A DNA stretch of 64,000 nucleotides from Patescibacteria group bacterium (lineage in GTDB: Bacteria > Patescibacteriota > Saccharimonadia > Saccharimonadales > JAUPVS01): contig JAUPVS010000001.1 in NCBI GenBank assembly GCA_030916945.1, positions 2,138 to 66,137 on the forward strand, written 5' to 3'. Shown piece after piece: positions 19,515-27,346 of this stretch. The notes under the pieces are model-generated. The model made no database searches. It saw nothing but the letters and a program-made list of their open reading frames with translations, and was not told where the DNA came from. A program made the position numbers and the translations under genes. Within the stretch, counting starts at the first letter, position 1. The number at the start of each line of letters is the position of its first letter.

Positions 19515-19817
19515 ATGAAAGCAATCTGGAATAATAAAACAGTAGCCGAAGCCCCCAAAGAAGATCTAATCTATATAGAAGGGAATTGGTATTTTCCGCC
19601 AGCCAGCGTTAAGACCGAGTTCTTAGAAAAAAGTGACACGCCCTATACTTGCCCATGGAAGGGTGTCTGCCAGTACTTTAACGTTGTCCAAGGCGATAAG
19701 ACCAGTAAGGACAGCGCCTGGAGCTACCCAGAACCCAAGCCTAGCGCCATCGATGCCGTCAAAAAAGACTTCAGTAATTACGTGGCTTTTTGGCAAGACG
19801 TCCAGGTCCAAGAATAG
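19515..19817 (+). CDS. DUF427 domain protein
   Basis: 100 aa; GNWYFP...CPWKG.CQYF...AWSYPEP pattern. Start set at ATG 19515, 6 nt after TATAAT, not at the upstream in-frame ATG 19440 that overlaps the previous gene. Confidence 0.7.
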   Translation: MKAIWNNKTVAEAPKEDLIYIEGNWYFPPASVKTEFLEKSDTPYTCPWKGVCQYFNVVQGDKTSKDSAWSYPEPKPSAIDAVKKDFSNYVAFWQDVQVQE

Positions 19818-19904
19818 GCCAAAAAATACAACATGCTTCTGCTTGCATTTCCCCTGAATGCGGTGCATTATTGGGTTATAGAGACCAAATAAGGAGGACC
19901 ATTC

Positions 19905-20459
19905 ATGGCAAAGAAAGTAGCAGATAATCTCGCTGTAAATTGGTGGGCTTTAACGCTCCGCGGTATCGCGACATTAATGTTTGGTGTAGCCGCCGTTTTC
20001 TGGCCAGGCCTAACACTAGTTACATTGGTGTACCTAGTTAGTGCGTTCGTAATGTTCGCAGGTGTTCTTAATGTGTTTCAGGGCCTTATGTCAATCGGTC
20101 AACACCGTGGCTGGCCACTAACCGTATTGCTTGGTGTAGTTGAAGCAGCCGTTGGTTTGTACTTGGTGCGACACCCACGCGTTACCTTTGCAACCTTCGT
20201 ACTGGTAGTCGGTCTGACATTTGTAGCTCGCGGTATTTTTGAAGTCGTCGTGGCTTTTGCCGAAGACGGTCTCAGTGCCACTGGCCGCATGCTTACCATC
20301 CTCGCTGGTTTGGTAGCATTCTTGGTTGGTATTTTGGTACTGTTCCAACCGGCCTCAAGCGGCGTGGCTTTCGTATGGCTCTTTGGCTTGTACAGCCTTA
20401 TCGCCGGACCGCTGATGATCGCGCTATCACTCGACGTCAAAAAAACACTCGACCAATAA
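19905..20459 (+). CDS. HdeD/DUF308 family membrane protein
   Basis: 184 aa with 6 TM segments; W..L.L.G...I..G pattern; strong AAGGAGG SD. Confidence 0.65.
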   Translation: MAKKVADNLAVNWWALTLRGIATLMFGVAAVFWPGLTLVTLVYLVSAFVMFAGVLNVFQGLMSIGQHRGWPLTVLLGVVEAAVGLYLVRHPRVTFATFVLVVGLTFVARGIFEVVVAFAEDGLSATGRMLTILAGLVAFLVGILVLFQPASSGVAFVWLFGLYSLIAGPLMIALSLDVKKTLDQ

Positions 20460-20497
20460 TACTAAAATTCAGTCCATTCGGTCTCTTGCCGAGAACT

Positions 20498-20529
20498 CCA
20501 GCCCTACACAATAGGGCTGGTTTCTTTTT
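20498..20529 (+). terminator. Intrinsic terminator after the DUF308 gene
   Basis: ccagcccta (20498-20506) / tagggctgg (20512-20520) followed by tttcttttt. Confidence 0.75.
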
Positions 20530-20546
20530 AAGCTATACTGACTAAC

Positions 20547-21032
20547 ATGGAACAAGCAATTTTTGCGGCCGGCTGCTTTTGGGGAGTTCAGTACTATTTT
20601 GACCAAATCCCCGGTGTTACTAAAACCACAGCTGGCTATACCGGCGGACACACCCAAGACCCCACCTACGAACAGGTCTGCACCCACACCACCGGCCATG
20701 CCGAAGCCGTCCAGGTCACCTTTGACTCAGCCAAGGTAAGCTACCAAACGCTACTGCAGCACTTCTTTAGAATGCACGACCCGACCCAGCTTAATCGCCA
20801 AGGTCCCGATGTTGGCGATAGCTATCGCAGTGCCATTTTCTACCTGGATAAAACTCAAGAAAAGGCGGCCCAGGCAGCCAAGCTGGATGCCCAAAACAAC
20901 TGGACTGAACCAATTGTCACCCAAATAGTGCCGGCTGGCCCGTTTTATCCGGCCGAAGACTATCATCAGAAGTTTGCCGAGCGCACCGGCAGGGGAATGT
21001 GCCATATTCCATACCAACCGCTGGAGACTTAG
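20547..21032 (+). CDS. msrA: Peptide methionine (S)-sulfoxide reductase MsrA
   Basis: AAGCFWGVQ active-site motif, GYTGG, HDPT, YHQ. Confidence 0.95.
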   Translation: MEQAIFAAGCFWGVQYYFDQIPGVTKTTAGYTGGHTQDPTYEQVCTHTTGHAEAVQVTFDSAKVSYQTLLQHFFRMHDPTQLNRQGPDVGDSYRSAIFYLDKTQEKAAQAAKLDAQNNWTEPIVTQIVPAGPFYPAEDYHQKFAERTGRGMCHIPYQPLET

Positions 21033-21085
21033 GATACCTTAAAATAAACTTGCAAAATTAACCCGTTTATGCTAGTATAACACCT

Positions 21086-22588
21086 ATGACAAATCTACGT
21101 TTTCCTTCAGCAGGGCCTGGCCCCGAAGCCGGTCCAGGTTCGCCTACTGTAAATTGGGACGAAGTTCAGATGCCCAAAGCGCCACCAGTACAAGCTGGTG
21201 CAGAGCCTGTCTCGACTGAGCAGACTCAAGAACAAGGTGAACCCATTTACTTGGTTGACGGTATTGGTATTGATATAAACGATGGTGTTGAAGTTAAAGC
21301 TCTTGCTGAAATTCTTGGCGTAACCCCCGAAGAGGTAAAAGACAGGTTAGAACAGGGTCTTCAGGCTGGTGAGCGAGGTGCGACCTTATGGAATCGTCTG
21401 ACTCCAGAGGCTCAAGAACGCCATCGCGCAGAAGCGAAAGCCGCAGCGAAATCTGCTGATGTAGACGAATCTACTCCAGAACCACTTTTGACCCGGTCTG
21501 TACTAACTCCGCCAGCTGCCCCTGCGCCGGCCCGCGATGTAAAGATGCGCGTGGTAGGTGCTAATGACGGCGAGACCCAGGTAATTCCAGCTGTCCCAAG
21601 CCACCCTGCAAAACGCGTAGTTAAGAAAACTCACCGCCCAGCGGCTACTCCAGCTACACCTGCAACACCAGATCTTGCTAAGCCAACTGACGGTCAAGCC
21701 ACCGGTACCGAAGCACCAAAGTTCTATAAACGAACCGACAACAAAGCCGCCGAAAAATTCTTCACCAAAAAGAAGCATCACGACAAGGTTCTCACCGAAG
21801 AGCAGTTTAGGGAATTCTTTGGTGACGATGCCATAGCTGCAGACCCTGATCTTAAAGCCGAATACCAATCTGTTCATCCGGTCTATCTGTACAGCCCAGA
21901 GGAACGATCGATGGGTTCTTATAGAGCCATACATGAGCGTGATAATGTGCTTGGTTGGCGTCGTGATACGATCCGCGATGAACATGGTAATAAGATAAAA
22001 TTACCACCAAGCCTAGTACCAGAAGACAGTATCACTCCCGATATTGATAATACGCCGGTAGTACGTCGCCGCAAACGTGACGTTTCTCCGACTGAACCAG
22101 CCGCCGAAATCCCCAAGATTCTAAGAGACGACGATGAACCAGCCGCCGAACCAGCGGAAGCAAAAGCTTCTGTTAGCGACACCCCAGAACCATTAGGCAG
22201 AGAAGATGTTTATGCCTACTTCGCCCAAAAAGAAAAAGAACTTGCCCAAAAAGAAGAAGAATTCCTGGCAAGAATGGAATCATTATTCGACTCAAAGATG
22301 GCCACATTTGATAGCCAGGTTGAAGCAGAAGTCCAACGCCGATTAGCTGAGCTTGGCGTACAAGTTGCTGGCAATCCGCAGGTAGCTCCTGAGGTAACTG
22401 CTGCCCAGGCAGTTGTTGAACAGACTGCTGGCGCAGAAAACGATGCTGATTCTGCAGAGACGACCGCGGCAAGTAAAGCTACAGAAAAACGCCGTCGGCA
22501 ACTAGTACGAGCTGCTAAAGTCGCTGGTGTTGCCGCCATTGCCGGTATGGGTGTGGCCGTAGCCGCTGTTCGTCAGCACAACCGCTAA
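21086..22588 (+). CDS. Hypothetical tail-anchored, largely disordered Pro/Ala/Glu-rich protein
   Basis: 500 aa; single C-terminal TM (VAGVAAIAGMGVAVAAV) preceded by KRRRQLVRAAK; coiled-coil segment near residue 380; atypical codon usage (6 AGR and 4 ATA codons in frame). Confidence 0.65.
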   Translation: MTNLRFPSAGPGPEAGPGSPTVNWDEVQMPKAPPVQAGAEPVSTEQTQEQGEPIYLVDGIGIDINDGVEVKALAEILGVTPEEVKDRLEQGLQAGERGATLWNRLTPEAQERHRAEAKAAAKSADVDESTPEPLLTRSVLTPPAAPAPARDVKMRVVGANDGETQVIPAVPSHPAKRVVKKTHRPAATPATPATPDLAKPTDGQATGTEAPKFYKRTDNKAAEKFFTKKKHHDKVLTEEQFREFFGDDAIAADPDLKAEYQSVHPVYLYSPEERSMGSYRAIHERDNVLGWRRDTIRDEHGNKIKLPPSLVPEDSITPDIDNTPVVRRRKRDVSPTEPAAEIPKILRDDDEPAAEPAEAKASVSDTPEPLGREDVYAYFAQKEKELAQKEEEFLARMESLFDSKMATFDSQVEAEVQRRLAELGVQVAGNPQVAPEVTAAQAVVEQTAGAENDADSAETTAASKATEKRRRQLVRAAKVAGVAAIAGMGVAVAAVRQHNR

Positions 22589-22618
22589 ATCTTCTCTGTT
22601 TTATGCTAAAGTAGAGGC

Positions 22619-23452
22619 ATGGCAAAAAAATCTACAACCAAGACAGTAAAGACCACTAAGAAAACGTCAAAAAAATCTAAAATCAGTTTGGCCAGTTTAA
22701 ACAGCTGGAACCTGGTGATGGCTGGTCTGCATTTTGTGCAAGGTGCGGCCGTGGTTCTACTTAGCCAAAGTTCAACTTTGCCAGTGACCACCAACTATTT
22801 GACGCTGGACACGCTGGCGTCGCAAAGTGGTAATCCGGTTCTGGTGTCAGCTAGCCGGCACCTGTTTGATGTTAATCTGGCTTACTTAGTGGCGGCCTTC
22901 TTCTTTATGTCAGCTATTGCGCACCTAGTGATTGCAACAGTTTATCGAAAAACTTACGAAGCCGACCTTAAGAAGGGGATCAACAAAGCCCGTTGGTTTG
23001 AGTACGGTATTAGTGCCAGTACCATGATGGTGGCGATCGCCATGTTGAGTGGCGTTTATGATTTGTCTAGCTTGCTGATGATCTTTGCGCTGGACTTCAT
23101 CATGAATATGATGGGCTTGGTCATGGAGATTCACAACCAGACGACTAAAAAGACTAGCTGGCTTAGCTACAACATTGGTTGTTTGGCCGGCATAGTGCCC
23201 TGGGCGGTCTTTGGTATTTATGTGGCTGGCGCTTCGGCCTATGGTAGTGGTCAGATCCCGAGCTTTGTCTATTGGATATACCTAAGCATGTTCCTATTCT
23301 TTATGAGCTTTGCGGTCAATATGTATCTGCAATACAAAAAGGTAGGCAAGTGGGCCGACTATTTGTATGGCGAGCGAGTCTATATGATTTTGAGTTTGGT
23401 GGCCAAATCAGCCTTGGCCTGGCAGGTATTCTTTGGGACGCTTCGACCTTAA
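22619..23452 (+). CDS. Heliorhodopsin
   Basis: 277 aa, 7 TM. Colinear by eye with heliorhodopsin 48C12: RWFEY (counter-ion Glu, E128), GCLAGIVPW, FLFF, LQYKK.GKW, GERVYMILSLVAKSALAWQVFFGTL (Schiff-base Lys K263, codon 23405-23407), conserved His H38 and H102. Confidence 0.85.
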   Translation: MAKKSTTKTVKTTKKTSKKSKISLASLNSWNLVMAGLHFVQGAAVVLLSQSSTLPVTTNYLTLDTLASQSGNPVLVSASRHLFDVNLAYLVAAFFFMSAIAHLVIATVYRKTYEADLKKGINKARWFEYGISASTMMVAIAMLSGVYDLSSLLMIFALDFIMNMMGLVMEIHNQTTKKTSWLSYNIGCLAGIVPWAVFGIYVAGASAYGSGQIPSFVYWIYLSMFLFFMSFAVNMYLQYKKVGKWADYLYGERVYMILSLVAKSALAWQVFFGTLRP

Positions 23453-23461
23453 GGCAGGCTC

Positions 23462-24103
23462 ATGAAGCATGTCATCTTCGACTTTGACGGCACGCTAGTA
23501 GATAGCCTGCCGCTGGCCGTCAGCATTGCTGGCCAGATGGTGCCGGGTTTAGACCTGAGCGACCAAGAGTTGGCCAAATTCCGCGAGATGCCGGCCCGCG
23601 AGATCATTAAATACAGTGGCGTGCCATACTGGCAGCTGTTGCGTTTAATGATTAAAGGCAAGAAGTTACTGGGCGCGCGGTTGGATGAGCTCAAGGCTTT
23701 TCCGGGCATGGATGCTGTGGTCAAAACTCTGCACGACCAAGGTTTCCAGATTTCGGTGGTCAGTTCTAACAGCGAAGACAACATCCGCAAGGTGCTCGGT
23801 CGTGAAAAAATCGAGCAATATGTTGATCGAGTTTACGGCAATGTTGGTTTGTTCAGTAAATCGCGTGTCTTTAAGGTTGTCTTAAAAGACCAGAAGGCTA
23901 AAGTTAACGATGCCATTTATATCGGTGACGAGGTGCGCGACATCGAGGCCGCTCATAAGAGTCGAATTGCGGTCGTGGCTGTGACGTGGGGCTACAACGG
24001 CGAAACCATTCTCAAGAAGTACCAGCCCGATTACGTGGCCCACACGCCCAAGGAACTGGTTACTATCTTGACCAAGCAAGCCTTTGGGGGCGACCAAGGG
24101 TGA
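23462..24103 (+). CDS. HAD-superfamily phosphatase (phosphoglycolate-phosphatase-like)
   Basis: DFDGTLVDS motif I, SSN motif II, GDEVRD motif IV; 9 nt after the heliorhodopsin stop. Confidence 0.8.
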   Translation: MKHVIFDFDGTLVDSLPLAVSIAGQMVPGLDLSDQELAKFREMPAREIIKYSGVPYWQLLRLMIKGKKLLGARLDELKAFPGMDAVVKTLHDQGFQISVVSSNSEDNIRKVLGREKIEQYVDRVYGNVGLFSKSRVFKVVLKDQKAKVNDAIYIGDEVRDIEAAHKSRIAVVAVTWGYNGETILKKYQPDYVAHTPKELVTILTKQAFGGDQG

Positions 24104-24792
24104 GACTACATCGTTTTTATACTGGTCCCGAACTGCATTTGGGCCATTATGTTGAAGTTCGCGAGCAGCGCTTAGTTGATCAGTGGCGTAAGGTGTTGCG
24201 CTTTCGGGTTGGCCAAGAAGTGGTGCTGTTCGATGGTCAGGGTCACGAAAAACTGTATAGCTTGAACGAATTAGCCAAGGATCATGCCAAGCTCGAATTA
24301 TTAACCGACTTTGTGGCCAAGTTGCCAAGTAAAGATGTCTACTTGTTTTGGTCGCTGCTGAAGAAGGACAAGAATGACTGGGTTATGCAGAAGGCGACCG
24401 AGCTGGGCGTCAGCCACTTGGTACCGGTGCTAGCCGAGCGCTCCGAGAAGACCGGTTTTAACCAAGAGAGAGCCCAGAAAATTATTATCGAAGCGGCCGA
24501 ACAATGTGGCCGGGGTGACATCCCCAAGCTTCGTCAGCCACTGCTATTGCAAACCGCTCTGCATGAGTTTGCCGGCAAAGTGCCGTTGTTTGTCTGCGAG
24601 CAGCATGAGTTAACCAAGCCGCGCCAGCCAAACTACAGCGAAGTTGGAGTGCTGATCGGGCCCGAAGGTGGCTGGAGCGATCAAGAGAAGCAACTATTTG
24701 TGACGCAAGAAATTGGCCGTCTTCCTTTGGGTGACTTTACGCTGCGGGCCGAAACTGCCGCTGTTGCCGCCGCCGCCAAACTGCTACAATAA
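24100..24792 (+). CDS. rsmE: 16S rRNA (uracil1498-N3)-methyltransferase RsmE
   Basis: RLHRFY N-terminus, SPOUT C-terminal LIGPEGGWSDQE...LRAETAA. GTG start in a GTGA overlap with the HAD stop; the longer ORF from 23986 overlaps the HAD gene. Confidence 0.85.
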   Translation: MRLHRFYTGPELHLGHYVEVREQRLVDQWRKVLRFRVGQEVVLFDGQGHEKLYSLNELAKDHAKLELLTDFVAKLPSKDVYLFWSLLKKDKNDWVMQKATELGVSHLVPVLAERSEKTGFNQERAQKIIIEAAEQCGRGDIPKLRQPLLLQTALHEFAGKVPLFVCEQHELTKPRQPNYSEVGVLIGPEGGWSDQEKQLFVTQEIGRLPLGDFTLRAETAAVAAAAKLLQ

Positions 24793-24799
24793 GACCCTC

Positions 24800-25579
24800 A
24801 TGGGGAACTACTGGCAAGAACGAAACAAACCGTATCAGCCCGGCCAAGCCGAGGCCTTTAAGGTTAGTCGCAGCAAAATCGAACTGTTTATGCAGTGCCC
24901 GCGTTGTTTTTGGCTGGATGCCCGGCTCAAAATTAAGCGACCCAACGGGCCACCCTTCAACATCAACAAAACCATCGACGAACTGTATAAAAAAGAATTC
25001 GACCGCCACCGTCAGGCTGGTACGCCGCATAAAATTATGGCCGACAATCAAATTAAGGCCGTGCCCATGCAGCACGACAGCTTGGACCAGTGGCGTCACA
25101 ACTTTACAGGTATCGTAGCCGTTCATCAGCCGACTAACTTGCACGTTTTTGGCGCGATTGATGACTTGTGGGTAGACGACCAAGGTAATGCCATCGTGGT
25201 CGACTACAAAGCCACTTCTAAAGATAAAGAAGTGTCGATTGATTCGGACTGGCAGATTAGCTACAAGCGTCAATTGGAGGTCTACCAATGGCTACTCAGG
25301 CAGAACGGTCTGCCGGTTAGCGACACCGGCTATTTTGTGTACACCAACGCCCGGATTGACGTTGACGGTTTTAATGATCACCTAGAATTCCGCACCAAAC
25401 TAATTCCATACAAGGGAAGTGATGCCTGGGTCGAACCGACCTTGGTAAAAATGAAGCAATGTTTGGACGGCGACATGCCAGCCGTGGGCATGGCGGCCAT
25501 GGGGGGTGAGTGCGACTTTTGTTTATACGCTCGCCAACGGACTGAACTGACGCTTAAAGCTCTAAAAAAGAAATCCTAA
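24800..25579 (+). CDS. PD-(D/E)XK nuclease, Cas4/RecB-like with Cys cluster
   Basis: N-terminal CPRC, C-terminal C-x20-CDFC, IDD...VVDYK and QLEVYQ (QxxxY) motifs. Start at ATG 24800, 7 nt after the rsmE stop. Confidence 0.7.
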   Translation: MGNYWQERNKPYQPGQAEAFKVSRSKIELFMQCPRCFWLDARLKIKRPNGPPFNINKTIDELYKKEFDRHRQAGTPHKIMADNQIKAVPMQHDSLDQWRHNFTGIVAVHQPTNLHVFGAIDDLWVDDQGNAIVVDYKATSKDKEVSIDSDWQISYKRQLEVYQWLLRQNGLPVSDTGYFVYTNARIDVDGFNDHLEFRTKLIPYKGSDAWVEPTLVKMKQCLDGDMPAVGMAAMGGECDFCLYARQRTELTLKALKKKS

Positions 25580-25618
25580 ATCCTAAGCAGTCTAGCCAGA
25601 TAGCTGTATAATATAAGT

Positions 25619-26911
25619 ATGTTAGACATTCAGTACATCCGTGATAATCCAGAAGTGGTAGCCCAGAAGGCCAAACAAAAAAACGTCAAAGTCGACATCC
25701 CTAAATTGCTCGAAGTTGACGCTCAAAGACGCCAGCTATTAGGTGATGCCGAATTACTGCGCCAGTTGCGTAATCAGCAAGCCGCTAGCACGAAGGGGCA
25801 GAAACCCAGTCCTGAACAAATCGAGCAGGGTAAGGTTCTAAAAACTAAACTGGCTAAAATCGAAGCCGAGCTAGAAGCCGTCGAAACTAAATTCAACGAC
25901 CTGCATAAAAAGGTGCCGAATGTTTCGCTCGATACAGTACCGGTTGGTGCTACCGAAGATGAAAATGTGGTGGTTAAGACAGTCGGTGAACCGCCCAAGT
26001 TTAGCTTTAAGGCCAAAAGTGATGCCGAACTGGGTAGCCTGCATGACACCATCGACAAAGAGCGCGCTGCCAAAGTGGCCGGTGCTCGCTTTGCCTACTT
26101 GAAGGGTGATGTAGTGCGCTTGCAGTTTGCCATCATGCAATTTGTGATGGATTCCTTGAGTGACGAAAAACTGATCGCTCGTTTGGTGAAAGAAAATAAT
26201 CTTAAGGTAAGCAGCAAACCATTTACACCAGTTCTGCCGCCGGCCATGGTCAAGACCGAGCCTTACGAGGCGTCGGCTCGACTTGATGCCGAAGAGGTGA
26301 CCTATAAGTTGGCGCAAGACGATTTGTGGATGAACGCCAGTGCCGAACATAGTTTGTGCACGATGTACATGAACGAAATTCTCGATGAAAAAGATCTGCC
26401 GATCCGTTACCTGGGTTATGCCACCAGTTTTCGTCGTGAGGCTGGTAGCTACGGTAAGGACACCGAGGGCATCTTCCGCATGCATCAGTTCGATAAGATG
26501 GAGATGGAAGTTTTTAGCACCGCCGAAACCGGTCTGGATGAGCATAAATTACTGGTGGCCATTCAAGAATACCTAGTCCAACAACTCGAATTACCATATC
26601 AGTTGATCCAAAAATGTACCGCCGATATTGGCAAACCCAATGCGCAGGGTGTCGATATCAATACCTGGATGCCCGCGCAACAGCAGTACCGCGAAACGCA
26701 TACTGCCGATTATATGACCGACTACCAAGCCCGCCGTTTACAAACTCGAGTCCGCCGTACCAGTGGTGCGGTCGAGCTGGTGCACACCAATGACGCCACG
26801 GCGTTCGCAATGGGTAGGATTCTCAAGGCCATCATGGAGAATTACCAAAAAGACGATGGCACTATTCGGGTTCCTAAAGTATTAAAACCATACATAGGAG
26901 GTAGGGCATGA
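25619..26911 (+). CDS. serS: Seryl-tRNA synthetase
   Basis: N-terminal coiled-coil arm, class II motifs (FRREAGS, TSGAVELVHTNDATAFA region). Confidence 0.95.
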   Translation: MLDIQYIRDNPEVVAQKAKQKNVKVDIPKLLEVDAQRRQLLGDAELLRQLRNQQAASTKGQKPSPEQIEQGKVLKTKLAKIEAELEAVETKFNDLHKKVPNVSLDTVPVGATEDENVVVKTVGEPPKFSFKAKSDAELGSLHDTIDKERAAKVAGARFAYLKGDVVRLQFAIMQFVMDSLSDEKLIARLVKENNLKVSSKPFTPVLPPAMVKTEPYEASARLDAEEVTYKLAQDDLWMNASAEHSLCTMYMNEILDEKDLPIRYLGYATSFRREAGSYGKDTEGIFRMHQFDKMEMEVFSTAETGLDEHKLLVAIQEYLVQQLELPYQLIQKCTADIGKPNAQGVDINTWMPAQQQYRETHTADYMTDYQARRLQTRVRRTSGAVELVHTNDATAFAMGRILKAIMENYQKDDGTIRVPKVLKPYIGGRA

Positions 26912-27267
26912 TTCAAAAAATCGAAATCAACGGCGTTCACTTCCAAGTCGACGAAGATTTAGAAAAGTATACCAAGCGCAAAATTGGTCATCTTGATAAG
27001 TATATGTCTAAGCATGCCAAGGTGTCGGCCCATGCCGAAGTTAAGCTCAAAGAGAGCAAGGCTAAAGACAAGAAACAGTGCCAGTGCGAGGTGATTCTGC
27101 ACCTTCCTAAAGAAACCCTAATGGTCAAAGAGACGACAATTAATATGTATGCCGCCGTTGACATCGTCGAGGCCAAGCTCAAGAACCAAATTAAGAAGTA
27201 TAAAGACACCCAAGAGTCGGCCAAATTCCACCAGCGCGTGATTCGTCGATTTCGGCGTGAATTATAG
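26908..27267 (+). CDS. hpf: Ribosome hibernation promoting factor (short HPF/RaiA)
   Basis: 119 aa; LEKYTKRKIGHLDKY...DMYAAVDIVEAKLKNQIKKYK pattern; ATGA overlap with serS. Confidence 0.85.
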   Translation: MIQKIEINGVHFQVDEDLEKYTKRKIGHLDKYMSKHAKVSAHAEVKLKESKAKDKKQCQCEVILHLPKETLMVKETTINMYAAVDIVEAKLKNQIKKYKDTQESAKFHQRVIRRFRREL

Positions 27268-27346
27268 TTCGGACTAAGCTACAATAGACAGATAGCTCCA
27301 CCGGGTGGGTACGGTTGCTTAATAACAATGAGGAAAAACTGCGCGC

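Noticed and set aside
25871-26545. 224-aa ORF antisense to serS
   Set aside because: It lies entirely opposite a strongly supported serS reading frame. It has no promoter or SD context and a junk-like composition. Long antisense ORFs are expected opposite codon-biased genes.
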